Assembly (NCBI GenBank): GCA_045130665.1
Contig: JBGUQC010000004.1
Span: forward strand, 275,671 to 339,670
From: Christensenellales bacterium
GTDB lineage: Bacteria > Bacillota > Clostridia > Christensenellales > CAG-917
Direction of reading: 5' to 3'
DNA: 64,000 bases
Shown: positions 1 through 9,650 of the stretch, piece after piece
Layout of the letters: each line of letters starts with the position of its first letter
How positions within the stretch are numbered: the first letter of the stretch is position 1
Made by a program: the position numbers and the translations under genes
The notes under the pieces: generated by a model
Database searches by the model: none
What the model was told of the DNA's origin: nothing
What the model saw: only the letters and a program-made list of their open reading frames with translations

Positions 1-162
1 CTTTGCAGCCTTATCAAAACCAGGTAAAACTCTTGCAGCATGTAAGTCATCAAATAACTTGCCGCCGAATTCTAGATAGAGTTTGTCAAATTTGCTTATT
101 CTTTCAAGAATATGCTCGGATTGCTTCTCCATGTACATTTTGCTATCGAAACCTTTTTTCAT
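1..162 (-). CDS. DUF1846 (UPF0371) family protein, N-terminal part; runs off the left window edge
   Basis: Not in ORF track. Manual translation from ATG at 162 (SD GAGGG upstream): [50 protein letters not shown], containing the family motif [19 protein letters not shown]. Confidence 0.85.
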   Translation of the reverse strand, partial: MKKGFDSKMYMEKQSEHILERISKFDKLYLEFGGKLFDDLHAARVLPGFDKAAK

Positions 163-180
163 AATCTATACCCTCAAAAA

Positions 181-2619
181 TTAATTTTCCTTTTGTTCTA
201 GTGAAATAACTGTGTCTATTCCACCTTTAAATAATTTCTTGCCTTTTGTTGTTCTTGTATCAATTGGGATATCCTCTGTGTTAACAACAGATACACTTTC
301 ATCAGGAAGTACAAATGCTAAATCATATGGCATCTTTACAAATCCTATCCATGAAACTACTGAGTCGGCGATTTCAACAATCTTTACACCCTTAAGATAT
401 CTGCCTGTTTCATCCAATGTACAAGCAATTACTCTCTTAACGTGTCCTGCTGATGTTGTAACAAGGATTTCTCCCTCTTCTTCTATTTGTCCACCGAATA
501 CTACATAGTCTCCATCATTGAGCTTAATACCGTTTACACCTTGTGCTCTTCTACCATGTACTGGTATTTGATCTATAGCATAAACTAAGCATTGTCCTTG
601 TGCGGTTACTTGTAATATCTTTCTATCTTCTTGAACTAATTCAACATTGATAAGTTCATCTTTTTCAACGAGGTTAAGCGCTGGTGCATAACTATTGGTT
701 GAGATGTAATCATTAATATCACTCATCTTAGCCATACCATTTCTTGTAAAGAATACAAATCTTCCAACTGGTGTAGATGGGAAGAATATTACCTTAACAA
801 ACTTCTCGCCAGGCTTTCCTTCTCTGTTAATTTGGTTAACAACTCCGCCTTTATCAGACCACTTCTTGTCTGGTAAATCATTAATATCAACTCTAATGAA
901 GTTACCTTGATCTGTGAATGCAAACAATGTTCCCTTGTTATTAACAGTAATTGCTTGAACTGGAACGTTCTTCTTGTTGAATCCAGCAGTATTCTTAATA
1001 CCTGTTGAATAACTCTTTTGAGAAATAAGCTTGATTGCGCCTGTAGTATCTAATACAAGCACGCCATCTCTATATGCAATACTTTCTTCAGCTGTTGGTA
1101 CTGAAGCCATATCTTGTGCCTCTTCTACACCCATAATTGTGGATGCTCTTCCAACCGCCATTCTCTTCTTGATATCGAGTAATTCTTCTTTAACAACACT
1201 GTATTGACGTCTTGTTGAACCTAATACTTGCTCGTAATATGCAATCTTCTTTTCTAATTCTGCAAGTTCGTTTTGAATTGTCTCAACCTCAAGATGTGTT
1301 AAAGACTTCAATCTCATATCTACGATTGCTTGAGCTTGGTCATCATCTAAGGAATATCTTTCTCTTAATGCTTGCTTTGCTTTAGTTGTAGATTCACTTG
1401 CTTTAATGATTTGGATTACTTCGTCAATATTTTGAATTGCAATGATTAATCCTCTTAAAATGTTTGCTCTTGCCTTAGCTGCCTTGAGATTGTATGTTGT
1501 TCTGCGAACAATAATCTTCTTTTGGTATTCAATGTAATTAGAAAGAATACCCTTTAAAGACAATAACTCTGGTTTACCATTTGCAATAGCATACATATTG
1601 TAATTGTAATTAACTTGTAGCTTGGTCTTCTTAAGAAGGAATGCAATAATCTTATCTACGTTTGCATCCTTTCTGCACTTAATTACACCACGAATGCCTT
1701 GTTTATCTGATTCATCTACGACATCTATGATGTCATTGAGTATGTCTTTGTTCTTTTCCTTAAGGTCTGCAATAGAAACAAGTAATTGTTGCTTGTTTAC
1801 CATGTAAGGAACTTCTGTAATGACAATATTCTTCTTACCGTTGTTCTCTGTTTCTAAATGATAACGAGAACGAATAATAATCTTGCCTCTTCCTGTTTCA
1901 TAAATAGACTCTAAACTATCTACTGGAATAATGAATCCTCCTGTTGGGAAGTCTGGACCTGGCATATATTTAAGTAATTCTGCTGTTGTAATCTTTGGCT
2001 CGTCTATTAAAGCAATAGTTGCATTAATTGCCTCGGATAAATTGTGTGTTGGAATATCTGTTGAAATACCAACTGCAATACCTGTTGTGCCATTAACAAG
2101 AAGATTTGGGAATCTACATGGAAGTGTTGTTGGTTCTTCTCTACTATCATCGAAGTTTGGAATCCAATCAACAGTATCTTTATCAATGTCTCTAAGAACC
2201 TCTTGAGCAAGTAAATTCATTCTTGCTTCTGTATAACGATATGCCGCTGGTGGGTCTCCATCTATTGAACCGAAGTTACCATGTCCATCTATTAAAGGCA
2301 TTCTCAATGAGAATGGTTGTGCCATTCTTACTAATGCATCATAAACAGATGTATCACCATGTGGGTGGAACTTACCTAAAACATCACCAACAATTGCAGC
2401 ACACTTCTTGTGTGGCTTCTCATAAGTATAGCCTGCCTCATACATTGCATAAAGAATTCTTCTTTGTACAGGCTTAAGACCATCTTCTACTCTAGGAAGT
2501 GCTCTATCTAGAATAACACTTTCTGCATAAGGCAACATGCTGTTATGCAAAACGTCTTCAAATACCACATCAATTATCTTATTCAAAGGTTGAATTGGTT
2601 GTTCTTGTTTTTTAGCCAT
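181..2619 (-). CDS. parC: Type IIA DNA topoisomerase subunit A, most likely topoisomerase IV ParC
   Basis: [19 protein letters not shown], catalytic AAYRYTE motif and C-terminal beta-pinwheel repeats. No QxRGGKG GyrA-box at the start of the CTD, which favours ParC over GyrA. Confidence 0.8.
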   Translation of the reverse strand: MAKKQEQPIQPLNKIIDVVFEDVLHNSMLPYAESVILDRALPRVEDGLKPVQRRILYAMYEAGYTYEKPHKKCAAIVGDVLGKFHPHGDTSVYDALVRMAQPFSLRMPLIDGHGNFGSIDGDPPAAYRYTEARMNLLAQEVLRDIDKDTVDWIPNFDDSREEPTTLPCRFPNLLVNGTTGIAVGISTDIPTHNLSEAINATIALIDEPKITTAELLKYMPGPDFPTGGFIIPVDSLESIYETGRGKIIIRSRYHLETENNGKKNIVITEVPYMVNKQQLLVSIADLKEKNKDILNDIIDVVDESDKQGIRGVIKCRKDANVDKIIAFLLKKTKLQVNYNYNMYAIANGKPELLSLKGILSNYIEYQKKIIVRRTTYNLKAAKARANILRGLIIAIQNIDEVIQIIKASESTTKAKQALRERYSLDDDQAQAIVDMRLKSLTHLEVETIQNELAELEKKIAYYEQVLGSTRRQYSVVKEELLDIKKRMAVGRASTIMGVEEAQDMASVPTAEESIAYRDGVLVLDTTGAIKLISQKSYSTGIKNTAGFNKKNVPVQAITVNNKGTLFAFTDQGNFIRVDINDLPDKKWSDKGGVVNQINREGKPGEKFVKVIFFPSTPVGRFVFFTRNGMAKMSDINDYISTNSYAPALNLVEKDELINVELVQEDRKILQVTAQGQCLVYAIDQIPVHGRRAQGVNGIKLNDGDYVVFGGQIEEEGEILVTTSAGHVKRVIACTLDETGRYLKGVKIVEIADSVVSWIGFVKMPYDLAFVLPDESVSVVNTEDIPIDTRTTKGKKLFKGGIDTVISLEQKEN

Positions 2620-2622
2620 ATA

Positions 2623-4605
2623 TTATTCCCCCTTCTCCTCGTCTATTTGGAAAGTGTCTAACTTGTTGAAATCTGCATATTGATAAATGTAATCCTTTCT
2701 AATGTTACTTTCGTCTCCCATTAAAATGGTTATTCTCTTATCTGCTGCAGCTGCATCTTCAACAGTGACTCTTGTTAAATTTCTCTTATATGGATCCATT
2801 GCTGTTTCCGCTAATTGCTCTGCGTTCATTTCACCTAATCCCTTGAAACGTTGAAGCTTTGTGTTCTTGCCCATTTCTTTTTGTGCAATTTCAAGCGCTT
2901 CATCATCAAAGCAATATCTAATTTCGTTATTCTTTTGAAGTCTATAAAGTGGTGGCATACCAATGTAAAGGTGTCCATCTGTAACTAGCTGACGCATATA
3001 TCTAAAGAAGAATGTCATGAGCAATGATCTAATATGTGCTCCATCATCATCAGCATCTGCAAGAATAATAACTTTATTGAACTTAAGATTTTCAATATTG
3101 AAGTTTGGATCAATGCCTGTTCCTAATGCAGATATAATTGTTGAAATTTCTTCGTTTTCAAGTATTTTATCTAAAGATGTTTTTTCAACATTTAATGGTT
3201 TACCTCTTAAAGGTAATATTGCTTGGAATGCTCTATCTCTAGCTTGCTTTGCACTACCACCTGCAGACTTACCTTCAACTATGAATAATTCGTTGATCTC
3301 TGCATTCCTTCCAGAACATGCTGCAAGTTTTCCAACAAGGTTTAATGAATTTAAATCATTCTGTTTTCTAGATAAAGCTTTTGCTCTCTTTGCAGCTTCT
3401 CTTGTCTTAGCAGCCCCAAGTGCTTTTTGAACTATTTTTTCTGCAGTAGATTTAAAGCCTCTAGAATTAACGAGTTCAGATAATTTGCTTGTTACAATAG
3501 AGTCTACCTTTGGTCTAACTTCAGGGTTACCAAGTTTTTGCTTTGTTTGTCCTTCAAATTGAACATCTTGCATTTTAACTGTAATAACGGCTACCAAACC
3601 TTCTCTAAAGTCATCACCTAAAAGATTGTCTTGTTTATCTTTTAAGAGTTTATTGTCTCTAGCATAGTCATTAAAGACCTTCGTTAATGCACTCTTGAAA
3701 CCAACCTCATGAGTGCCACCTTCTGGTGTTGGTATGTTATTAACATAAGAATAAATTTCCTCTGAATAACCTGTTGTATGTTGGAATGCAACAGCAACTT
3801 CAAACTTGTCTTCTTTGGATTCTAAATATAATGGCTTATCATATAAAACTTGTCTTCCATCATTAAGATATTGAACATAGTCTGCAATACCGCCACTGTA
3901 TTTGAAAACATCATGTCTATCTGTACCGCCATCTAATGGCATTCTATTATCATCTAAAATAACCGTGACACCACGATTGAGATATGCTATCTTTCTAGCT
4001 CTATCTGCTATCTTTTGGTATATAAATTTTTCATCCTTGAATACTCTTGGATCTGGTTTAAAAGTTACTTTTGTTCCTCTTTCCTTTGTCTTGCCTACTA
4101 ATGTTAAAGGAGTTTTAACTTGTCCGGATTTAATTTTACCGCTTGCAAGTGCAAAAGAATGGAACTCTGCTCTATATAAATTGCCATCTCTACCAACTTC
4201 AACATTACACCATTCGGATAATGCGTTGGTAACAGATGCACCTACACCGTGTAATCCACCGGAGAATCCATATTCACTATTATCAAATTTTCCACCAGCA
4301 TGGAGGACTGTGAATACAACTTCTACACCAGAGATCTTTAACTTTGGATGTTTGTCTACTGGAATTCCTCTTCCATTATCTGTAACACGAGCAACATTGT
4401 CGTCTAACAATTCAATGTGTATAGTATCACCATAACCATTAGATACTTCATCTACACCGTTGTCTATGATTTCCCAAAGAATATGATGGAGACCATTACT
4501 TCCAGTTCCACCAATATACATACCTGGACGCTTTCTAACAGCATCTAATCCTTCTAAAACCTGGATTTTCCCAGCATCGTAATTGTCTTTTAAATCTTTT
4601 GCCAT
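2623..4605 (-). CDS. parE: Type IIA DNA topoisomerase subunit B, most likely topoisomerase IV ParE
   Basis: LEGLDAVRKRPGMYIG, GHKL motifs (DNGRGIP, LHAGGKF, GLHGVG), Toprim PLRGK and DADDDG. Paired with the parC-like gene (3-bp gap). Confidence 0.8.
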   Translation of the reverse strand: MAKDLKDNYDAGKIQVLEGLDAVRKRPGMYIGGTGSNGLHHILWEIIDNGVDEVSNGYGDTIHIELLDDNVARVTDNGRGIPVDKHPKLKISGVEVVFTVLHAGGKFDNSEYGFSGGLHGVGASVTNALSEWCNVEVGRDGNLYRAEFHSFALASGKIKSGQVKTPLTLVGKTKERGTKVTFKPDPRVFKDEKFIYQKIADRARKIAYLNRGVTVILDDNRMPLDGGTDRHDVFKYSGGIADYVQYLNDGRQVLYDKPLYLESKEDKFEVAVAFQHTTGYSEEIYSYVNNIPTPEGGTHEVGFKSALTKVFNDYARDNKLLKDKQDNLLGDDFREGLVAVITVKMQDVQFEGQTKQKLGNPEVRPKVDSIVTSKLSELVNSRGFKSTAEKIVQKALGAAKTREAAKRAKALSRKQNDLNSLNLVGKLAACSGRNAEINELFIVEGKSAGGSAKQARDRAFQAILPLRGKPLNVEKTSLDKILENEEISTIISALGTGIDPNFNIENLKFNKVIILADADDDGAHIRSLLMTFFFRYMRQLVTDGHLYIGMPPLYRLQKNNEIRYCFDDEALEIAQKEMGKNTKLQRFKGLGEMNAEQLAETAMDPYKRNLTRVTVEDAAAADKRITILMGDESNIRKDYIYQYADFNKLDTFQIDEEKGE

Positions 4606-4639
4606 TTTTACTTCCTAAAGTGTTAAATAATTATATAAA

Positions 4640-4668
4640 ATTATAGCATAATTTTTGATATAATTAAA
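4640..4668 (-). promoter_or_regulatory. Putative SigA promoter of parE-parC (extended -10)
   Basis: Minus strand TG-c-TATAAT at 4640-4648, with a weak -35 TTTAAT 17 bp upstream. Confidence 0.5.
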
Positions 4669-4678
4669 AGACTTTTAC

Positions 4679-4724
4679 CACAAAAAGTTGTATTTTTTTA
4701 TAAACCAAAACACAACATATAGTA
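4679..4724. promoter_or_regulatory. Tandem NrdR-box-like sites
   Basis: CACAAAAAGTTGTA (4679-4692) and CACAACATATAGTA (4711-4724) match the CACWANATNTWGTG core at 12/14 and 13/14. Starts are 32 bp apart. Confidence 0.6.
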
Positions 4725-4744
4725 TTTAGCGAAGTTTTAAGGCA

Positions 4745-4790
4745 AATAAAAAAACCACCCTAAATGTAGGTTTTACAAATAGAGTGGTTT
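4745..4790 (-). terminator. Intrinsic terminator of the hydrolase gene
   Basis: 17-bp imperfect stem AAACCACTCTATTTGTA / TACATTTAGGGTGGTTT followed by a T-run on the minus strand. Confidence 0.75.
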
Positions 4791-4807
4791 AGAATGCTAC
4801 TTTTTAA

Positions 4808-5722
4808 TTATTTTGCTGCTTTTTCTACAAAATAATTTGCTGCTGAAAGCATATCTGCATAAACTTCTTCTTTATTTGTTTCATTAAGAATTTCATGTCT
4901 TGCATCTGGATATAATTTGATTTCAACATCCTCTACACCAAGTTGTTTATACATGTTGTAAAGAGCTGTTGTGCTCTTGCCTTGTGAACCAACTGGATCT
5001 TTTGCACCTGAGAAGATACGAATCTTTGCATCTTTTGAGATGTGTGCAAGATTTTCCTTTTGATACATATTTCCAAGACCATCCATGAAGAACTTGAAGA
5101 ATGCGTTAGACATAACTACACCACACCATGGATCTGCAATATATTTCTTGTTGCTTTCAATGTCTCTGCTTAACCATGCAAAATCTCCATCTGCTGCAAA
5201 TGGTTTATTGTATGAACCAAATGAGAGTTTATCCATTGTTGATCCTGGCTCTTTTGCGTTCTTTTCAGAATAAATCATGTTTGCAACTAACTTACCAACT
5301 GCTGGTAATAATCCTGCCATCTTTGCAGAACCACTTAAAATAACACCACATGCTGGTCCATTTAATTCAATATAGCGTTGGCTTAAGAAACTACCATAGC
5401 TGTGTCCAATGAGAACAAGTGGTAAATTGTATTTTGCAATTAACATCTTGGAAATTTCAAGTAAGTCTTGTGCTGTATCTTCGAAAATATTTCCATCTTG
5501 ATAACCTACATGGTCCTCTGCTGTTGCACCATGTGCTCTATGGTCATCTGCGAATACGATATATCCATTAGCATTTAAATATTGTGCAAATGCATCGTAT
5601 CTTTGTGCGTGTTCTGCCATACCATGTGAAATTTGTACAACGCCTTTAGCATCTTTTACGTCATCCCATAGGTAGCATGTTAATTCTAATCCATCAAAAC
5701 TCTTAAATTTTTCAGTTTTCAT
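4808..5722 (-). CDS. Alpha/beta hydrolase, lysophospholipase / monoacylglycerol lipase family
   Basis: VVQISHGMAEH..RY, DHRAHG, nucleophile elbow GHSYG, GAKDPV, catalytic His in RHEILNE. Confidence 0.9.
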   Translation of the reverse strand: MKTEKFKSFDGLELTCYLWDDVKDAKGVVQISHGMAEHAQRYDAFAQYLNANGYIVFADDHRAHGATAEDHVGYQDGNIFEDTAQDLLEISKMLIAKYNLPLVLIGHSYGSFLSQRYIELNGPACGVILSGSAKMAGLLPAVGKLVANMIYSEKNAKEPGSTMDKLSFGSYNKPFAADGDFAWLSRDIESNKKYIADPWCGVVMSNAFFKFFMDGLGNMYQKENLAHISKDAKIRIFSGAKDPVGSQGKSTTALYNMYKQLGVEDVEIKLYPDARHEILNETNKEEVYADMLSAANYFVEKAAK

Positions 5723-5805
5723 AATGTTTCTCCCAAAAATAAAGTTATTTTACTGCCAATAATTATATCAAAAAATACAACTAATAGTAAATACCTTATC
5801 CAAAG

Positions 5806-5834
5806 TTGATTTTTTTAATTCGAATTTGTATAAT
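5806..5834 (+). promoter_or_regulatory. SigA promoter of the 135-aa membrane protein gene
   Basis: TTGATT-17 bp-TATAAT, then SD AGGAG before ATG 5854. Confidence 0.65.
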
Positions 5835-5853
5835 TTTGAGTTAGGAGACAATT

Positions 5854-6261
5854 ATGGCAAAAACAAAAGTAGCTTCAGAAAAAGAATTAACACCTAAGCA
5901 AAAGAAAGAGAAAGAACAACTCAAAAAAAGAAGAAAAAATCAGGCTATCGTTTTGATTATTTCTACAGTTATCGTTTGGGGTGCAATTGCTTTATTCATA
6001 GTTGGCCTATTATATGCATATCTTCCTTCAATGGTTGCAAAAACAGGATCAACTATTTCCCTTCTTAGATGGATATTCTTGGCATCCACTGCTGGACTTG
6101 CTGGCGGAGTTATAATTACTGCATTCTGCGCAAACGGGATTAAACCACTAGGAAGATTAGACCTAGCATTTGGATTTATTGCATTCGTATTTAGTTTGGG
6201 ATATTGGTTAATTTCTTTATTCTTCTATGCGATACTTCCAAACTTCGCAACATTCGCATAA
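5854..6261 (+). CDS. Hypothetical membrane protein (Lys-rich N-terminus, about 3 TM helices)
   Basis: Good SD and promoter; three hydrophobic segments; no family recognised. Confidence 0.75.
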   Translation: MAKTKVASEKELTPKQKKEKEQLKKRRKNQAIVLIISTVIVWGAIALFIVGLLYAYLPSMVAKTGSTISLLRWIFLASTAGLAGGVIITAFCANGIKPLGRLDLAFGFIAFVFSLGYWLISLFFYAILPNFATFA

Positions 6262-6262
6262 A

Positions 6263-6829
6263 CTAAGATTCAATATTTTCTTGAACTTCATCCTCTTGTT
6301 CCACTGGAATAGGAGGATTTATTTTATCTTTTAATGTTTCAACTAATATATGGCATAATATACCTGTTATTAAGCCTGCAATACCTCCTGCAAGCATCAT
6401 GTAAGGCATAAAGGTTAGAATAGATGTGCCAACAACTATTGCACCTACAAACATTTGAACCATGTTATGTATTAAACCACCAGCAACGGATATGCCTGTT
6501 GTTGAGAATATCTTGGCATAGTATAAAGCTACCATTACTGTGTATGAAATAAGTGCTGCTGGTAAAGACCAAATTAGCATTCCCATATTTCCAGCAAATA
6601 CAGCGGCAAGAACACACTTAATAACTAATACTATGTATCCTTCCCATACCCCAACGAGTAAGAAGCACATAAGTAGTACAATGTTACATAAGCCTATCTT
6701 TGCATATGGAAGCATTGGAATAAGCGGAGGTATCATATTTTCGAGTACAGATACAATGAGTGCTAAAGCTAAGAACAATGCACTGAAGGTAATCTTTCTT
6801 ATTGCAATCTTTTTATCTACCTTTCTCAT
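6263..6829 (-). CDS. Gx transporter family protein (heptaprenyl diphosphate synthase component I-like; ECF S-component-like)
   Basis: ALIVSVLENMIPP..PYAKIGLCN and SVAGGLIHNMVQ motifs; polytopic; downstream of NusG-II and apbE as is typical. Confidence 0.85.
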   Translation of the reverse strand: MRKVDKKIAIRKITFSALFLALALIVSVLENMIPPLIPMLPYAKIGLCNIVLLMCFLLVGVWEGYIVLVIKCVLAAVFAGNMGMLIWSLPAALISYTVMVALYYAKIFSTTGISVAGGLIHNMVQMFVGAIVVGTSILTFMPYMMLAGGIAGLITGILCHILVETLKDKINPPIPVEQEDEVQENIES

Positions 6830-7206
6830 GTTACTGCATCTACCTCGTCACTCTCTATCTTTATAACCACTTTGTTTGGTAAACAAACAATCATGCCGCC
6901 CTCTTTTGTTAAAGGTGCAGAATGAACACAAAGTTGTTCTGGACAATTACTATGATCTACATAGACCTTGTTATCCTTTATTACAATCTTCATGTCTATG
7001 CCATCTTTGTTTAAATCAATTTCTAAATTGGAATTTAATGAGTATGAATACATCTTTTGTCCATCAATATAAATGGATACCTTATTTGCTTGGCTGGCTA
7101 AGGCAAAATATATGGTTAAAGCAACGGCAACAAGAATAACAACAAGGATAATTATATCCCCTTTTTTAAACATTGTTTTAAATACTTGTTTTGCCTTTTC
7201 GTTCAT
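6826..7206 (-). CDS. NusG domain II-containing (DUF1312-type) membrane-anchored protein
   Basis: KKGDIII + TM helix, then NCPEQLCV...IVCLPNKVVI motif; ATGA overlap with the Gx gene. Confidence 0.9.
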   Translation of the reverse strand: MNEKAKQVFKTMFKKGDIIILVVILVAVALTIYFALASQANKVSIYIDGQKMYSYSLNSNLEIDLNKDGIDMKIVIKDNKVYVDHSNCPEQLCVHSAPLTKEGGMIVCLPNKVVIKIESDEVDAVT

Positions 7207-7207
7207 A

Positions 7208-8215
7208 CTAAACCTTAGTAAAATCTATGTTTCCAATCTTGTCGTATGTTAAATCTGAATAAATAATAATTGCACCAACACCTAATTGGTTAACAAGCGC
7301 TGTGCCTTGTTCTTTTCCAAGAACCATAACAGCTGTGGATAATGCATCTCCATATGCCGCAAAATTAGAATTTGTGAACTTATCATTGGCAGTTGTTATA
7401 ACTGTAACTGCAACAATACCATTATCTGTTGGATGTCCCGTGCTTGGATCTATAATGTGGTGATATCTCTTACCTTCATATTCAAAATATCTTTGGTAAT
7501 CTCCAGATGTGGATACTGAGTAATTATCATTAAGAGTAAACTTGCCATATAAAGAAGATGAACTCTCTCTTGGGCTTGTAATTCCTATTGTATATGTGCT
7601 GTTGTATGCAATAATATTTCCACCTAAATCAATGAGCGCTTTTCTCTTTTCAACCTTGTCTTTAAATGTTCCAATAGACCAGCCCTTTGCAATACCACCA
7701 AAGTCTATTTTTGCATTGTCATTATGCTTTGTAATTGTCTTGTTTTCAGTATCAATTGTGAACATTGTAGCATAGTCTGTAAATGGCAATAATGCAGCAA
7801 TATCACTTTCCGCTGGAGGTGCTTTTGTAACACCTGCAACTATGAATGAGTTTGCATCAAATCCCCATAGCTCAACTATAGGATAAATTGCCGGATTATA
7901 AGCATGGTTTGAAAGGTTGTAAACCTCTAGGGAAATTAGTGCTAATTCAATGGTAATGTCAGAACATTTAATAGGCTCTTCTGCACTAGCATGATTTATT
8001 TTATATAAATCAGTACCCTCAATGACTGGAGATAAAATGTCCTCATAATCATCAAGGGTAGAATAAATTTCGTTAGCCATTTTCGCACCGTTAGAACCAC
8101 TAATTTTAACTTCTAAAAAGGTGCCAAAAACTGTATATTGCTTGGTAGTATTACATCCAACTAACAAGCATGCAAGTAGTAGTATTAAAGCAACTAAAAC
8201 TACACACTTTTTCAT
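7208..8215 (-). CDS. apbE: FAD:protein FMN transferase lipoprotein
   Basis: Lipobox LVGC; DFGGIAKG, STSGDYQRYF, RYHHIIDPSTG and DALSTAV motifs. Confidence 0.95.
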   Translation of the reverse strand: MKKCVVLVALILLLACLLVGCNTTKQYTVFGTFLEVKISGSNGAKMANEIYSTLDDYEDILSPVIEGTDLYKINHASAEEPIKCSDITIELALISLEVYNLSNHAYNPAIYPIVELWGFDANSFIVAGVTKAPPAESDIAALLPFTDYATMFTIDTENKTITKHNDNAKIDFGGIAKGWSIGTFKDKVEKRKALIDLGGNIIAYNSTYTIGITSPRESSSSLYGKFTLNDNYSVSTSGDYQRYFEYEGKRYHHIIDPSTGHPTDNGIVAVTVITTANDKFTNSNFAAYGDALSTAVMVLGKEQGTALVNQLGVGAIIIYSDLTYDKIGNIDFTKV

Positions 8216-8218
8216 TAA

Positions 8219-9076
8219 TTATTTTTTTGTATAAATGATACCAAATGTTCCTGGTCCACAGTGGCAACCAATTACTGGACCAATTGGTAAATTTACAATG
8301 TTTGCCTTTGGCGCAATTGCCTTTACTCTCTCGGCGATGGATGCAACTATGTCATCACAATCTCCACCTAAAATATATACTGGAGCATCATCTAAATCTT
8401 TGTATTCGGATTCAAATTTAGAAACTAAATAAGATTGTGCTTTTTTAGATCCATTTTGTTTTGAATCTACATATAATTCACCATCTCTTACAGATAAAAC
8501 TGGTTTAACTTGCATTAAGTTTCCAAATGTTGCAGCACTCTTTGAAAGTCTTCCACCACGAGCAAGATACTTTAAGTTATCCACTGCAAAGTAAATGGAT
8601 GTGTGCTCTCTAACATTTTCTAGATACTTTAATGTTGCATCTATATCTCCACCATTCTTGTTGAAGAATCTTGCACCCATTTCAACAATAATACCAGCAC
8701 CTAAACAAATGTTCTTTGTATCGAATCTTTCAAATCTTACTTTTGGATATTTTGCTGTCAACTTTTCAAGTGCTGAATCAAGATTCTTAAATGTTGAAGA
8801 CATCTTCTCTGAGAATGCAACATAAAGGATATCTTCACCCTTTTCAAAATATGGTTCAAAAACCTTAAGATAATATGCTTCATTTTGAGCGGATGTAATT
8901 GGTGTTGCACCCTCTCTCATTCTTGTAAAGAAAGCCTTGAAATCGTATGTTTCACCGAAATCATATAAATACTCTTTACCATCTATTGTGTATGGCATTT
9001 GAATTACACCTAATTTTAAATCTTTCACAGTTGTGTACCATAACTCGCAATCTGTGTCGCAAAACATTACTGCCAT
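8219..9076 (-). CDS. DegV family fatty-acid-binding protein (FakB-like)
   Basis: DTDC, TSAQN, SEKMSSTF, L.YL.RGGRLS and GPVIGCHCGPG motifs. Confidence 0.92.
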   Translation of the reverse strand: MAVMFCDTDCELWYTTVKDLKLGVIQMPYTIDGKEYLYDFGETYDFKAFFTRMREGATPITSAQNEAYYLKVFEPYFEKGEDILYVAFSEKMSSTFKNLDSALEKLTAKYPKVRFERFDTKNICLGAGIIVEMGARFFNKNGGDIDATLKYLENVREHTSIYFAVDNLKYLARGGRLSKSAATFGNLMQVKPVLSVRDGELYVDSKQNGSKKAQSYLVSKFESEYKDLDDAPVYILGGDCDDIVASIAERVKAIAPKANIVNLPIGPVIGCHCGPGTFGIIYTKK

Positions 9077-9095
9077 AATAAAAATCTCCTTAAAA

Positions 9096-9115
9096 ATGAT
9101 TTATGTATAAATCAT
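9096..9115. promoter_or_regulatory. Perfect 9-2-9 inverted repeat, candidate operator of the degV-apbE operon
   Basis: ATGATTTAT-GT-ATAAATCAT overlaps the -10 and start-site region of the degV promoter. Confidence 0.55.
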
Positions 9116-9139
9116 AATAGAATATGGTGTATTTGTCAA
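9111..9139 (-). promoter_or_regulatory. SigA promoter of the degV-apbE-NusG-II-Gx operon
   Basis: TTGACA-17 bp-TATGAT on the minus strand; SD AAGGAG upstream of degV. Confidence 0.7.
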
Positions 9140-9162
9140 ACTTAATGCGTTTTTAACTTAAC

Positions 9163-9191
9163 TTGACACAAGTTAATTTAAAATTTAATAT
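9163..9191 (+). promoter_or_regulatory. SigA promoter of the 150-aa lipoprotein (leaderless geometry)
   Basis: TTGACA-17 bp-TAATAT, only 6 nt before ATG 9198, no SD. Confidence 0.65.
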
Positions 9192-9197
9192 AAATAT

Positions 9198-9650
9198 ATG
9201 AAGAAAAAATCACTTCTAATTGTTAGCATTTGCTTATTAGTGCTCTTAGCAGTTGTAATGACATCATGTATGTCATCTACTCTAATTGAAAAAAATGTTA
9301 GAACCCGTCTTAAGGATGAGGGTTATACTGTTAAGAATATTACAAGTTGCGCTATAACAAATGGCTGGAATGAACCAGTTGAAGAAGGCAGCAATGTCTC
9401 TAAATATAAAATAGGAACTCAATTATATTGTACAAACGATCCTGTTGAAGATGACGAAGGTAATATTACATTCCAAAAAGAAGTATGGGTTGTATATTGT
9501 ATGAATGATGATGCTTTCAAATGGGTAGAAGGTAACGCAAAAAATTTATCCGAACAAACTGGATACAAGTATTATTCATATAATAATGGAAATACTAAAG
9601 TTGTTTTCTACGGAGATATGGATTCTGTTAGACTAGCAAGACAATACTAA
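9198..9650 (+). CDS. Hypothetical lipoprotein
   Basis: MKKK + hydrophobic stretch + lipobox MTSC; no family recognised. Confidence 0.75.
   Translation: MKKKSLLIVSICLLVLLAVVMTSCMSSTLIEKNVRTRLKDEGYTVKNITSCAITNGWNEPVEEGSNVSKYKIGTQLYCTNDPVEDDEGNITFQKEVWVVYCMNDDAFKWVEGNAKNLSEQTGYKYYSYNNGNTKVVFYGDMDSVRLARQY

Noticed and set aside
181-4605. Assignment as DNA gyrase gyrB-gyrA
   Set aside because: No GyrA-box and no dnaA-dnaN-recF origin context; topoisomerase IV is more likely, but a phylogeny is needed to be sure.
9077-9197. FMN riboswitch ahead of the apbE operon
   Set aside because: The region is 121 bp, AT-rich, and has none of the FMN aptamer sequence.
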